NCBI GenBank assembly: GCA_963801815.1
Contig: CAWDGJ010000002.1
Location: 352,001-416,000, forward strand
Reading direction: 5' to 3'
DNA: 64,000 nt
Origin: an uncultured Verrucomicrobiae bacterium
GTDB lineage: Bacteria > Verrucomicrobiota > Verrucomicrobiia > Chthoniobacterales > UBA10450
In this document: positions 18,480 to 28,714 of the stretch, piece after piece
Position numbering within the stretch: the stretch's first letter is position 1
How the letters are laid out: each line of letters starts with the position of its first letter
Notes under the pieces: model-generated
Databases searched by the model: none
Seen by the model: only the letters and a program-made list of their open reading frames with translations
Told to the model about the DNA's origin: nothing
Program-made: the position numbers and the translations under genes

Positions 18480-19838
18480 ATGAACAAAGTTTACCCCAAT
18501 GCGAAAACCGCCCTCGAAGGCCTGCTGCACGACAACATGACGATCGCCGCGGGCGGGTTCGGACTGTGCGGTATCCCGGAAAATCTTATCGCGGCGCTGC
18601 ACGACAGCGGCGTCAAAGGCCTCACGATTGTCGGCAATAACGCAGGCGTCGATGACTTCGGCATGGGGGTCCTGCTACCGGCCCGACAGGTCAAAAAGGT
18701 GATGGCTTCATACGTCGGCGAAAACAAGGAGTTCGAGCGGCAGGTCCTCGCCGGTGAACTGGAACTTGAGCTCATTCCGCAAGGCACGCTGGCCGAGCGA
18801 TTGCGCGCCGGCGGGGCGGGAATTCCGGGATTCTACACCCGCACCGGCTTCGCCACGAAGCTCACAGAAGGCAAAGAGACCAAAAAATTTGGGGATTGCG
18901 AATATGTGCTCGAGCCCGGAATCACTGCCGAATTGTCGATCGTAAAGGCTTGGAAGGGCGATAAATCCGGCAATCTCATTTACCGGGAGACGTCACGAAA
19001 TTTTAACCCAATGATCGCGACCTGCGGCAAAGTTTGCGTGGCCGAGGTCGAGCAACTCGTTGAAATCGGCGAGCTCGATCCGGATCAGATCCATACGCCG
19101 GGAATTTTCGTCGATCGTATTGTTCAGGGCGCAAGGTACGAAAAACGGATCGAGTTCCGGACCGTGCAGGGCGCCGATCCAAACAAGAAAACTTCATCGC
19201 CAGTTCGCGATTTGATGGCGAAGCGTGCCGCGCAGGAATTGCGGGACGGCTACTACGTAAATCTCGGCATCGGAATTCCGACGCTCGTTGCAAATTACAT
19301 TCCGGAGGGAATTCACGTCACGCTTCAATCCGAGAACGGATTGCTAGGCATCGGCCCGTTCCCAAAGCCGGGCGAAGAAGATCCCGATCTGATCAACGCC
19401 GGCAAACAAACCATCACGACCATGCCCGGCTCGGCGTTTTTCTCGAGCGCCGATTCGTTCGGGCAAATCCGCGGCGGGCATATCGATCTCGCAATTCTTG
19501 GAGCATTCGAAGTGACCGACAACGGCGACATCGCGAACTGGATGATCCCCGGGAAAATGATCAAGGGGCCGGGAGGCGCGATGGACCTGGTAGCCGGAGT
19601 CAAACGAGTTGTCGCGGTGATGGAACATACGTCGAAAGATGGCAGCCCTAAGATTTTGAAGAAATGCACGCTTCCGATCACGGGCCTTGGGGTGGTCAAT
19701 TTGATCATCACCGACTTGTGCGTGTTCAAAGTGAAAGAAGGCGGCGGCCTCGTTCTCACCGAAATTCATTCCAACGCGACCGTGGACGAGATTAAGGCAA
19801 AGACGGGCGCGCCGTTCGAAGTTCGGTTGAAAAGCTAA
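18480..19838 (+). CDS. Fused succinyl-CoA:3-oxoacid CoA-transferase (ScoA+ScoB)
   Basis: [31 protein letters not shown] and catalytic QSENG in one ORF. Confidence 0.92.
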   Translation: MNKVYPNAKTALEGLLHDNMTIAAGGFGLCGIPENLIAALHDSGVKGLTIVGNNAGVDDFGMGVLLPARQVKKVMASYVGENKEFERQVLAGELELELIPQGTLAERLRAGGAGIPGFYTRTGFATKLTEGKETKKFGDCEYVLEPGITAELSIVKAWKGDKSGNLIYRETSRNFNPMIATCGKVCVAEVEQLVEIGELDPDQIHTPGIFVDRIVQGARYEKRIEFRTVQGADPNKKTSSPVRDLMAKRAAQELRDGYYVNLGIGIPTLVANYIPEGIHVTLQSENGLLGIGPFPKPGEEDPDLINAGKQTITTMPGSAFFSSADSFGQIRGGHIDLAILGAFEVTDNGDIANWMIPGKMIKGPGGAMDLVAGVKRVVAVMEHTSKDGSPKILKKCTLPITGLGVVNLIITDLCVFKVKEGGGLVLTEIHSNATVDEIKAKTGAPFEVRLKS

Positions 19839-19851
19839 AACGCTGCTTCAG

Positions 19852-20196
19852 CTATTTTGGTCGGGGCTCAAAATAAAGATGGTGATGCTTCGCGCATCCC
19901 GGGTTAAACCGCCGCTGGCAGCGCGGACAAACGGAGTTGCAATTCAGATACTCGGTGACGGTTAACTGCTGGCCGCAACCGCCGCACAAAATTGCCGGCT
20001 CATCGAATCTTTCTCGCGGCCACACAACCGGAGCGTGTCCAGCGAGCTTGGCGTGACATTCGTGACAGGAAAACCATTTGTCGCAGCACTTGAATTTAAT
20101 CGCGACGATATCGTGCTCGCTGTGATAATGAGCGCAGCGCGTTTCATTATCGACATGGACACCGATGACATTCACGCCGTGAATCGTTCGTTCCAT
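19852..20196 (-). CDS. CHY zinc-finger protein
   Basis: CAHYH...CCDKWFSCHECH...CGGC...CPRC..FNPGC. Confidence 0.88.
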   Translation of the reverse strand: MERTIHGVNVIGVHVDNETRCAHYHSEHDIVAIKFKCCDKWFSCHECHAKLAGHAPVVWPRERFDEPAILCGGCGQQLTVTEYLNCNSVCPRCQRRFNPGCAKHHHLYFEPRPK

Positions 20197-20220
20197 GTCG
20201 TAGGTCAGACGCCTATCGAC

Positions 20221-21561
20221 TTACACTGCGCGCTCTCGCGGACACAAGAGTACGAGCAGCGACGCGATGACCCAGCACGCGATCATGAAAATAAATCCGC
20301 CGCGGAACGACCCCATCCCTTGACTCAGTTCGCCGATTATTTTGGGGCCAAAAAATCCGCCAATACTTGCAGTACAATTGATGAATCCAACCGCCGCGGC
20401 AGCCGCCGAGCTGGTAAGGAACGCAGATGGCAGCGCCCAAAATGATGGCAAATAGGCGATCGTTCCAAACACAACCAGTGAAAATATCGCTACCAGCGTA
20501 ACGTTTGAAGGGGGAAGGAAAAACCACGCACTGAGCGCGACCGCCGCAGTTAATTGGGGAATGGCAAAATGCCAGCGACGCTCGCGAGTACGATCCGAGC
20601 TCCATCCCAGCAACAACATTCCGATGAGTGCCGCAGCAAACGGAATTGCGCCGACCCAGCCTATCCGTTGCACATCAGTCCACCCGGTGAGCCGCTGCAA
20701 CATCGTCGGCATCCAAAACCAAAAGGCGTAGCCACCGGTGTAAGTGAAAAACAAACCCGCTGTCAGCATCAAGACGGCCGGATGTCGCAGTGCCTGCCAG
20801 ATGGTCACATGCTCGACGTGCGCCTTTGCAGCCCGCTCTTCCGAAAGACGAGATTTTAACCAATCGCGTTCGTCAGGCTGCAACCACTTCACATCGCCCG
20901 GCCAATCCGGCAGCACGAACAGCGTCGCCATTCCGAGCACGATTGCAGGAACGCCTTCAAACAGAAAGAGCCATCGCCATCCGGAAAGGCCGAGCCAGTG
21001 AACCCCAAGGATTGCACCGGCGATCGGTCCCCCAATCATAAAGCCAACCGGAATGGCGGACATGAACCGCGCCACCGCTTTGGCCCGGTCGCGGTAAATA
21101 AACCAGTGGGAAAGATAGACGATTACACCGGGAAAAAATCCCGCCTCGGCCGCGCCCAACAAAAACCGCGCGCCGTAAAGTTGATGCGGAGTGTGAACAA
21201 AACCGGTTAGCGTGGTGAGAGCACCCCATGTAATCAGTGTGGTCGAGAGCGATAGCCGCGCGCTCCAATGTTCCACTAACAGCGCTCCCGGAATTTGCAG
21301 CGCGAAATACCCGATGAAGAAAATTCCGCTCGCGGTACCGAATACCGAATCGGTCAGGCCGAGGTCGCCCTTCATCCCGAGCGTCGCGTAAGCGATATTT
21401 GTCCGGTCGAGATAATTCGCGATGTAAAGGAGAAACAAAAACGGTAGCAGCCGCCGCGCAACTCGAGTGCGTGCAGTTTCCCCAGTGTCAGGTTGCAGAG
21501 CGTTCATGGCCGCGCGCAGCATATCGCCCTTCAATACGGTCACAATCCGAATCGAGAACAT
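20221..21561 (-). CDS. MFS transporter (anion:cation symporter family)
   Basis: YLDRTN, GAAEAGFFPG, WRWLFLFEG; true start probably 21522 or 21507. Confidence 0.9.
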   Translation of the reverse strand: MFSIRIVTVLKGDMLRAAMNALQPDTGETARTRVARRLLPFLFLLYIANYLDRTNIAYATLGMKGDLGLTDSVFGTASGIFFIGYFALQIPGALLVEHWSARLSLSTTLITWGALTTLTGFVHTPHQLYGARFLLGAAEAGFFPGVIVYLSHWFIYRDRAKAVARFMSAIPVGFMIGGPIAGAILGVHWLGLSGWRWLFLFEGVPAIVLGMATLFVLPDWPGDVKWLQPDERDWLKSRLSEERAAKAHVEHVTIWQALRHPAVLMLTAGLFFTYTGGYAFWFWMPTMLQRLTGWTDVQRIGWVGAIPFAAALIGMLLLGWSSDRTRERRWHFAIPQLTAAVALSAWFFLPPSNVTLVAIFSLVVFGTIAYLPSFWALPSAFLTSSAAAAAVGFINCTASIGGFFGPKIIGELSQGMGSFRGGFIFMIACWVIASLLVLLCPRERAV

Positions 21562-21625
21562 CGCGCAGCGAAATCAGTGCGAGTTTTGATATGGCAATGT
21601 CAGGCGCACGGAGTTACAACGCGCC

Positions 21626-22033
21626 ATGAGATATGGACGGCTAGCCATCACAATGATTGCGCTCGTAGCCACGGTGTTGGCGGTAACACCGGCCAATTTT
21701 GCTGGCGAGTACACGGACAAGAGTTTTCTCAACGGCCAAGCCACATTCCAAATGAGCTTGGAGCAAAGTGGAAACACGATTTCGGTTTGGTTCAGCGTGG
21801 GATACAACGACGGCCACGGGCTGCTGCCCGAAGCCGATGGCAGCGGCAAAATGACAGGCAAAGGCATAGTCGAGTTCACGTTCAAGGACAGTGCGAGCAA
21901 TGCCGGCACGGGCACGATCAGCCGTGCGGGCAACGACATCATTGTTTCGCTCAAGACAACTCGAGTAGCCGACGCACGTTGCCTTGAGCTTTATCGGCAG
22001 AACATGCGATTGAAACCAGCCGGTAAAAAATAG
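21626..22033 (+). CDS. Secreted hypothetical protein
   Basis: Signal peptide ending ANFA; beta-rich body. Confidence 0.7.
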   Translation: MRYGRLAITMIALVATVLAVTPANFAGEYTDKSFLNGQATFQMSLEQSGNTISVWFSVGYNDGHGLLPEADGSGKMTGKGIVEFTFKDSASNAGTGTISRAGNDIIVSLKTTRVADARCLELYRQNMRLKPAGKK

Positions 22034-22080
22034 GCGCAAGAATCGGGTGTTCAGGTGCCGCGCAAAAGCGATCCTCTTGC

Positions 22081-22554
22081 ATGAAAGCAAATTTTCGGAT
22101 CGTTGCTTTGCCCCTCGCACAATTTCAGCCGCTTTTTACGCTAAGCGACGATCAGCTCGCTCAAAAAGGCGCGCGCCGAATGACCGTTGACGCCAAACCC
22201 GGGTTTCCATGCCGAGTCAGCCTGGAAGATGCGGAGATTGGCGAGCAGGTGGTCCTTACCCCATTCGCTCATCATGATGTCGATTCACCATATCGCGGGT
22301 CGGGACCAATTTTCGTGCGCCAGAAAGCGAAGGAAGCGGATCTCTCTGTCGGCGAAATTCCTGAAGCTGTATCGACCCGGACAATGTCAGTTCGCGCCTA
22401 CGACAAGAATTCGATGATGATCGATGGCAGCGTCGTTCCCGGATCGGAGATCAAAGCACACATCGAAAGACTGTTCGCCAACCCAAAGATTGCTTACTTG
22501 CATTTGCACAATGCCGGCGCCGGCTGCTATTCGTGCAGAGTAGAACGCGCCTGA
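22081..22554 (+). CDS. DUF1203 family protein
   Basis: PGFPCRVSLEDA, SPYRGSGPIFV, YLHLHNA..GCYSCRV. Confidence 0.85.
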   Translation: MKANFRIVALPLAQFQPLFTLSDDQLAQKGARRMTVDAKPGFPCRVSLEDAEIGEQVVLTPFAHHDVDSPYRGSGPIFVRQKAKEADLSVGEIPEAVSTRTMSVRAYDKNSMMIDGSVVPGSEIKAHIERLFANPKIAYLHLHNAGAGCYSCRVERA

Positions 22555-24360
22555 TTAGACCATCGGCCGGAAGCGACCGACGACTTCCTGCAAACGGCCG
22601 GTGATCTGGCCTAACGAACAGACTTCAACGGCATCGAGCAGCGCCGGGAAACAATTCTTTCCGCTCTCGACGACCGCCGCAAGCTTATCGAGCGCGCGCT
22701 TCGTCTTCTCGGCGTTTTTCTTTTTGAACTTGGCCAGCCGGTCGACTTGCAACTGTTGTTTCTTGCGCGGCGTCCGAACGAGCTTCACGTCGCGATTGTC
22801 GTCGTCTCCATTGCGATACTTGTTCAGCGCGACGATCGGCCGTGTGCCGTCATAGATTTGTTGTTCGTAACGGTGCGCTGCGTTCTGAATTTGGCTGCGC
22901 TGATAACGTTCCTCCACCGCAGCCAGCACGCCACCCAGTCGCTCGATCTCCCGAAATTCCTCGAGAATCGCGGCTTCCACCGCGCGCTCGACCGCTTTCA
23001 TCCCGGGCGAGCCGCTCAACATGTTCATGGTGTGCTTAAAGATTCCCGACTCTTCGAGCAGAATCGCCTGACCGTGGGCGGCGAGCCGAATCCATTCCTC
23101 GCTCGGCGTGGTGAACGGTTCGTCAGCGCTATTCGAATGACACGAATTGGTCGCATTCATGTAGGAAAGCATCAATTCTGCGGCAGTGCGGGTGAGATTG
23201 TTCTTAAACTCTGCCGCAATCAACGAACGCCCGCTGGTTTGAGTGTGTAATTTGTAAAGCTGTGCCTTTGGTCCGGCCCCAAACACGTCTCGCATTCCGA
23301 TCGCCCAAATCCGTCGCGACACGCGCGAGAGGGCGATGTATTCCGCGTCGAGACCGCAATCGAGAAAGAACGAAAGCCGCGGGCCGAATTGGTCGACCGG
23401 GATTCCGCGCGCGGCGAACATTTCCGCGTAGGCAAACCCGTTGGACAGCGTGTAGGCCGCTTGCTGCACCGGCGTCGATCCGGCTTCGCCGATGTGATAG
23501 CCGCTGATAGAGATCGGATACCAACGCGGCATTTCGCGCGAGGTGAACTCGACCATGTCGGTCAGAAAACGCAGCGACGGCTCGATCGGAAAAATCGTTT
23601 CGTTCTGCGCCTGGACTTCCTTGAAAATATCGGCCTGAACCGTGCCGCGGAGTTTCGGAACGACATTTGGGCCGAAGCGCCGCTTAGCCGCCGCGATGTA
23701 CATCGCCATAATAATCGGTGCGGGACCGCTGATGGTCATCGACGCAGAAAAATCGGCCGAGCCGAGATCGAACCCGTCATACAGGCGCACCATGTCTTCC
23801 ACGGTATCGATCGCCACGCCGCCTTCGCCGATTTTTCCAAAAACGCCGTCGGCATCACTATCAATCCCGTAAAGCGTCGGACCGTCGAACGCCGTGCTCA
23901 GACGTTTCGAGCGTTGATGTGCGCTAAGAAAATGGAAACGCTCGTTCGTGTCTTCGGCTAACATTAATCCGGAGAACAAACGCGTCGGTTCCTCTGCCTG
24001 CGGAATTTTCTTTCCGGCGGTTTTCTTGTTATCGCCGTTTTTCTCGAAGCTCTCGATCTCGCGGATCGGCTCCAAATACATTTCGCGATACGCGCCGTTT
24101 AGATAGGGAAACTCGCCCGGCAATCCTTCCCCGAACAAAAAGCGCGCGATCTCGCCGGGCTCGTCGATTTCTGGCAACGCCAAACGCGGCAGCGGAATCC
24201 CAGTCGGGGTGCGCGTCGTCGGGATCTTTGCCTTGATATCGTTCCAGCGCCCGACCAGATCGCGGCCGAAATCCTTATCGGTCCGTGCGCGCTTCACCTC
24301 ATCGAGAACGAACTGGTTGTATTTTTCGACCGACTCAACAACTTGTCCGAGCTTGCTCAT
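22555..24360 (-). CDS. Acyl-CoA mutase catalytic subunit (IcmF C-terminal-like)
   Basis: PTRLFSG, RLSTAFD, TVQADIFKE, ISISGYHIGEAG, HTQTSGRSL. Confidence 0.9.
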   Translation of the reverse strand: MSKLGQVVESVEKYNQFVLDEVKRARTDKDFGRDLVGRWNDIKAKIPTTRTPTGIPLPRLALPEIDEPGEIARFLFGEGLPGEFPYLNGAYREMYLEPIREIESFEKNGDNKKTAGKKIPQAEEPTRLFSGLMLAEDTNERFHFLSAHQRSKRLSTAFDGPTLYGIDSDADGVFGKIGEGGVAIDTVEDMVRLYDGFDLGSADFSASMTISGPAPIIMAMYIAAAKRRFGPNVVPKLRGTVQADIFKEVQAQNETIFPIEPSLRFLTDMVEFTSREMPRWYPISISGYHIGEAGSTPVQQAAYTLSNGFAYAEMFAARGIPVDQFGPRLSFFLDCGLDAEYIALSRVSRRIWAIGMRDVFGAGPKAQLYKLHTQTSGRSLIAAEFKNNLTRTAAELMLSYMNATNSCHSNSADEPFTTPSEEWIRLAAHGQAILLEESGIFKHTMNMLSGSPGMKAVERAVEAAILEEFREIERLGGVLAAVEERYQRSQIQNAAHRYEQQIYDGTRPIVALNKYRNGDDDNRDVKLVRTPRKKQQLQVDRLAKFKKKNAEKTKRALDKLAAVVESGKNCFPALLDAVEVCSLGQITGRLQEVVGRFRPMV

Positions 24361-25535
24361 TTCTTCCTCCGTTCCTTGGTAGGGACATCCCGTTGCGATG
24401 TCCGCGGACGGCGCAGCGCGCCATCCCTACCTGAAATTAAATCGAACAAACGATCCACGCCAGCGTCGCGGTGACGTTTGGCCACGGTATCGAGCAGTCG
24501 CTGTTTCCGGCGATTTTGCTCAAGACGTTGCTCGATTTCCGTGTGTGCGGTCTTCGCGCGCTGCAAATCGCTCTTGTTCACAACCACAATATCGGCCAGG
24601 TCGAGCATGACAATCTTCTGCAATTGCAATCGGCTTCCGTAATCGGGGTTCATCACCAACACGGTTTGATCGACGATTCCGTTTGTCTGAAACGGCATTG
24701 CTTCCTGCCCAGTGCCAACCGTTTCGATAATCACGTAGTCGAATCCGGAATTCGCGAGCAACGCCAGGCAACCTTGCGTCGCGGGCGAGAGCCCTCCGGC
24801 CTGTCCGCGCGTAGCCATGCTCCTCATGAAAACGCGATCGTCCTGGGAGTTGATCATCGTCGCGCGATCGCCGAGTAGCGCCCCTTCGCCAATCACGCTC
24901 GGATCGTGCGATAAAATCGCGACCCGCGATCGTCGATCTTTATTGAGGAACCGCAGCACCAATTCATCGATTAGTGTCGTCTTGCCGGCGCCGCCAGGAC
25001 CGGTAAATCCAATCACTTTGGTGTTTCGGATTTCGGATTTCGGATTTCGGATTTTCCCATTTGCGTCTTCGATTTCCGTCAGCTTGTGGGCCAATTCTTG
25101 TTCCGCGGATTTTGGCTTAACTCTCTTACCGCGCGGTTTGCTGTATCGGTCGTGAACGAATTTCACCATTTCTTCGAGTGAAGTTCCGGCGAAGAAAATT
25201 TCGTCCACGCCTTTGCGTCGCATGATTTTCGCGTCGTCGTGAGTGATCGTTCCGCCGCCGCCGCCGAAGACTTTGATGTCGTCCGCGCCCTTCCTGCGCA
25301 GGAGATCGACAACTTCCGCGAAGAATTCGATGTGGCCGCCGTTGTAGCTGGAAATCCCGATCGCCCGCACGTCTTCCTGGATTGCTGCGCGCACGATGTC
25401 GGCGACCGGGCGGTGATAGCCGAGATACACAACCTCGATCCCGTGCCGGATGAACTCGAGATTGATCGTGTTGATGGCGCTATCGTGGCCATCGCAAATC
25501 GGGACAGCGGTGAGGACTCGAATCGGTGAAGCCAT
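24357..25535 (-). CDS. Cobalamin-binding domain fused to MeaB-type GTPase (IcmF N-terminal-like)
   Basis: DGHD B12 motif, SSYNGGH, GPGGAGKTT, LLGDR, IETVGTGQ, NKSD. Confidence 0.9.
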   Translation of the reverse strand: MASPIRVLTAVPICDGHDSAINTINLEFIRHGIEVVYLGYHRPVADIVRAAIQEDVRAIGISSYNGGHIEFFAEVVDLLRRKGADDIKVFGGGGGTITHDDAKIMRRKGVDEIFFAGTSLEEMVKFVHDRYSKPRGKRVKPKSAEQELAHKLTEIEDANGKIRNPKSEIRNTKVIGFTGPGGAGKTTLIDELVLRFLNKDRRSRVAILSHDPSVIGEGALLGDRATMINSQDDRVFMRSMATRGQAGGLSPATQGCLALLANSGFDYVIIETVGTGQEAMPFQTNGIVDQTVLVMNPDYGSRLQLQKIVMLDLADIVVVNKSDLQRAKTAHTEIEQRLEQNRRKQRLLDTVAKRHRDAGVDRLFDLISGRDGALRRPRTSQRDVPTKERRKK

Positions 25536-25602
25536 TTGAGAGCGAAAAGCCTAACGTTAAACGTTTGACGGGCAATGCGATTCTAGCCTAGTAGCGAGAC
25601 GG

Positions 25603-26070
25603 ATGAAAAGACCCCAAGCCTTACGAGTAATCGCACTAGCCTGGCTGGTCGCGGGCGTTTTGGATATCACATCTGCTTTCGTGATCGCGACGCTCAGAGG
25701 AACTGGATCAATTCGAATGTTGCAGGGAATCGCCAGCGGTCTGCTCGGTCGAAGCTCGTTTGATGGCGGCTTCGCCACCGCTGGATTGGGTCTGGGGATT
25801 CATTTTTCCATCGCTCTAGTCGCTGTGTTGGCGTTTTACATCGCCAGTTGCAAAATCAGTTTTTTGACACGGCAGCCGATTCTTTCAGGATTGTTTTACG
25901 GAATTGTGGTCTACGCGTTCATGTATTGGGTGGTTATTCCGCTCGTCTTCCCAACGGCCCACCCTTCTTATTCGAGAGATGTGACTGCTGTGATCATTCA
26001 CATGGTTTTAATCGGACTACCGATTGCGCTGATTGTCAGTCGTTTCTCCGAACCATCGTCTGAGACATAA
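25603..26070 (+). CDS. Membrane protein, hypothetical
   Basis: Four TM segments; AGVLDI..LQGIASGLLG..GLGIHF. Confidence 0.75.
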   Translation: MKRPQALRVIALAWLVAGVLDITSAFVIATLRGTGSIRMLQGIASGLLGRSSFDGGFATAGLGLGIHFSIALVAVLAFYIASCKISFLTRQPILSGLFYGIVVYAFMYWVVIPLVFPTAHPSYSRDVTAVIIHMVLIGLPIALIVSRFSEPSSET

Positions 26071-26826
26071 ATGAACGACCCACTCGATTTCACTGGTAAA
26101 GTTGTTCTCGTGACCGGCAGCTCGCGCGGCATCGGCGCCGAAATGATCAAAGTCTTCGGCGAACGCGGCGCAAGCTGCGTCGTGAATTACTTCACCGATC
26201 CGCAGGGGCAAAACAAGACGGATGCGGAGAGCGTCGCAAAGGGATTGAAGGAACCGCTCATGATGGATTGCGACGTAACGAAGCCGGACCAGGTCGAAGC
26301 GATGATGAAGCAAATCCAGGATCGGCATGGTGGCCTCGATATTCTCGTGAACAATTCCGGCATCATCCGCGACCGCACGATCAAGAAGATGACGCTCGCA
26401 GAATTTGAGAGCATCGTCCGCGTGAATTTGGCGGGCACATTTAATGTGACGCAAAAGGCGATGGCCGTGTTACGAAGCGGCGGACGCGTCATCAACATGT
26501 CGTCGGTCAGCGGACAGATGGGTTTGTTCGGTCAAGCCAACTATTCGTCGAGCAAGGCGGCCATTATCGCGCTTACCAAAGTTTCGGCACGGGAGCTGGC
26601 GCGGCAGAATATTACGGTCAACGCAATCGCTCCGGGATTCATTGATGTCGGTATGAGCAAAGGCATGCCGGACGAGGTGACGGAGAATTTCAAGAAACAG
26701 ATTCCGCTCGGCCGCCTGGGCGACGTCCACGAAATTGTGGATGCCGCGCTATTTCTCGCCTCGCCGATGGCGAGCTACATCACCGGCCACGTGTTGAACG
26801 TAAACGGCGGTTTCTACATGGGCTGA
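26071..26826 (+). CDS. SDR family 3-oxoacyl-ACP/acetoacetyl-CoA reductase
   Basis: TGSSRGIG, NNSGI, YSSSK, NAIAPG. Confidence 0.92.
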   Translation: MNDPLDFTGKVVLVTGSSRGIGAEMIKVFGERGASCVVNYFTDPQGQNKTDAESVAKGLKEPLMMDCDVTKPDQVEAMMKQIQDRHGGLDILVNNSGIIRDRTIKKMTLAEFESIVRVNLAGTFNVTQKAMAVLRSGGRVINMSSVSGQMGLFGQANYSSSKAAIIALTKVSARELARQNITVNAIAPGFIDVGMSKGMPDEVTENFKKQIPLGRLGDVHEIVDAALFLASPMASYITGHVLNVNGGFYMG

Positions 26827-26838
26827 ACGCGCGCGTCG

Positions 26839-27885
26839 TTATTTCAACGACGCAATGTCGATCACGAAACGGTATTTTACGTCGCTGCGCAGCATCCGTC
26901 CGTAGGCCTCGTTAATATAGTCAGCATTAATTTTCTCGATGTCGCAGGTGATGCCGCGATCTGCGCAGAAATCGAGCATCTCCTGGGTCTCGGCGATTCC
27001 GCCGATGAGCGAACCTGCCAGTCGATGCCTCCAGCGGATAAAGCTAAACGCCTCGACAGGAATCGGATCCGGTGGGGCTCCGATCAGGCAGAGCGTGCCG
27101 TCGCGCTTCAGCAGGCTCAGGTATGCGTCGAGATCGTGTTTGGCGGAAACCGTGTCGAGAATGAAATCGCAACTTTTCGCATGTGCGTTCATTGCGTCCT
27201 CGTCTTTGGAAATTACAACTTCATGGGCGCCAAGCCGCTTCGCGTCAGCGGTCTTGCCGGCGGAAGTCGTGAACAAAATTACGTGAGCTCCAAACGCATT
27301 CGCTAATTTCACTCCCATGTGACCAAGCCCGCCTAGACCGACCACGCCCACAGTTTGGCCTTTTCCAACTTTCCAATGCCGCAGCGGCGAATACGTGGTG
27401 ATGCCGGCGCACAAGAGCGGCGCGCTTGCCGCAGGATCGACATTGTTCCGCACGCGAAGAACGAAATTTTCGTCCACGACGATACTCGTTGAATAGCCGC
27501 CGTAGGTCACGCCGCCCGTGTGTTCGTCCGGGCTATTGTAGGTGAACACAACGTCCTCGCAAAATTGCTCCAGGTTTTCGTGACAACTTCGGCAATCCCG
27601 GCAGGCGTCGACCATGCATCCAACAGCAGCGAGATCGCCTTCTTTGAATTTTTTCACACCCCGACCGACCGCAATAACACGGCCAATGATCTCATGACCT
27701 GGCACGCACGGGTAGGTTGTGCCGTCCCACTCATTGCGAGCAGTGTGAATGTCCGAATGACAGACACCGCAGAATAAAATGTCGATCTTCACGTCGTTTG
27801 GCAAAACATCGCGTCGAGTGAATGAAAATGGCTCAAGCGGCGATTTCGCGGAAGGAGCCGCGTACGCTTTCGTTTTCGCAGTCAT
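26839..27885 (-). CDS. Zn-dependent NAD(P) alcohol dehydrogenase (CAD/YahK-like)
   Basis: GVCHSD, PGHE, Cys4 Zn loop, GLGGLG, YRFVID. Confidence 0.94.
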   Translation of the reverse strand: MTAKTKAYAAPSAKSPLEPFSFTRRDVLPNDVKIDILFCGVCHSDIHTARNEWDGTTYPCVPGHEIIGRVIAVGRGVKKFKEGDLAAVGCMVDACRDCRSCHENLEQFCEDVVFTYNSPDEHTGGVTYGGYSTSIVVDENFVLRVRNNVDPAASAPLLCAGITTYSPLRHWKVGKGQTVGVVGLGGLGHMGVKLANAFGAHVILFTTSAGKTADAKRLGAHEVVISKDEDAMNAHAKSCDFILDTVSAKHDLDAYLSLLKRDGTLCLIGAPPDPIPVEAFSFIRWRHRLAGSLIGGIAETQEMLDFCADRGITCDIEKINADYINEAYGRMLRSDVKYRFVIDIASLK

Positions 27886-27930
27886 GTAATTGACTCGCAG
27901 CCTACTCGCGGATTGCGCGTCGCGAAATTC

Positions 27931-28146
27931 CTAGTCGAGAGTTTGGACCAATAGCCAAACCGCTGCTGAAAGCACTGCCGCGAAGCACGACAACACCAGC
28001 GCCGCGCGGCGCGATTGGCGAACTTTGAATTCCGGTCGCGGGATGTCGTCATGAATGTGGCTGCCCTCGTAAAGCTTCATCAAAACAAAAGCGACTATGA
28101 AACCGACAGCAGCCCATTTCAGGGAACCCAAAGTGAGATCAAGCAT
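27931..28146 (-). CDS. Small two-TM membrane protein
   Basis: Two hydrophobic helices; fills the gap. Confidence 0.55.
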   Translation of the reverse strand: MLDLTLGSLKWAAVGFIVAFVLMKLYEGSHIHDDIPRPEFKVRQSRRAALVLSCFAAVLSAAVWLLVQTLD

Positions 28147-28276
28147 TCAAAACTAGTCTAACTCCGTGGTTAAAAATGTTCAATTTCCAGCGTTGTCATC
28201 CACCGTCCGGCAAATTGGCTTGGCTCGTCGGTTCCTCTTGCTCGTCACCTGTCACTTATCACTGGTCACTTCTTGA

Positions 28277-28669
28277 TCAGCGGCCGCCCTGCACGCTGAG
28301 TTCCCAGCGGTAGCCGTCCGGATCGTGAAACCAGATGCCCATGTTCCTGGAACCTGACGCTTCGGGTCCGATTTCATGACCAGGATCTTCGATATCGACC
28401 TTGTGCTTTTTCAAATGCCTCAGCGCCTTTCGTAAGGTCGACATGTTGGGCAAATGAAACGACATGTGATCCAGAGTTTCGGGCGACGATTTCCCTTTGA
28501 ATAGCGCGATTGTTACATTGTCGTTCCCAATCGCGATTCCATGTTCGAATTCGAACTCTTTACGCAAACCAAGAACCCGTTGAAACCAACGCGCGCTTTT
28601 TTTCGGATCGCGCACCGCCAGTCCGAAATGACCCACGACGCCAAGTTTAAACGGCACCTTCATTTTCAT
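28277..28669 (-). CDS. VOC/glyoxalase family protein
   Basis: HFGLAV, DHMSF, FHDPDGYRWE. Confidence 0.88.
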   Translation of the reverse strand: MKMKVPFKLGVVGHFGLAVRDPKKSARWFQRVLGLRKEFEFEHGIAIGNDNVTIALFKGKSSPETLDHMSFHLPNMSTLRKALRHLKKHKVDIEDPGHEIGPEASGSRNMGIWFHDPDGYRWELSVQGGR

Positions 28670-28714
28670 ATTTCAAAACGAGCCTGAGCATGCCAAAAGA
28701 GAACGCATTCGAGC

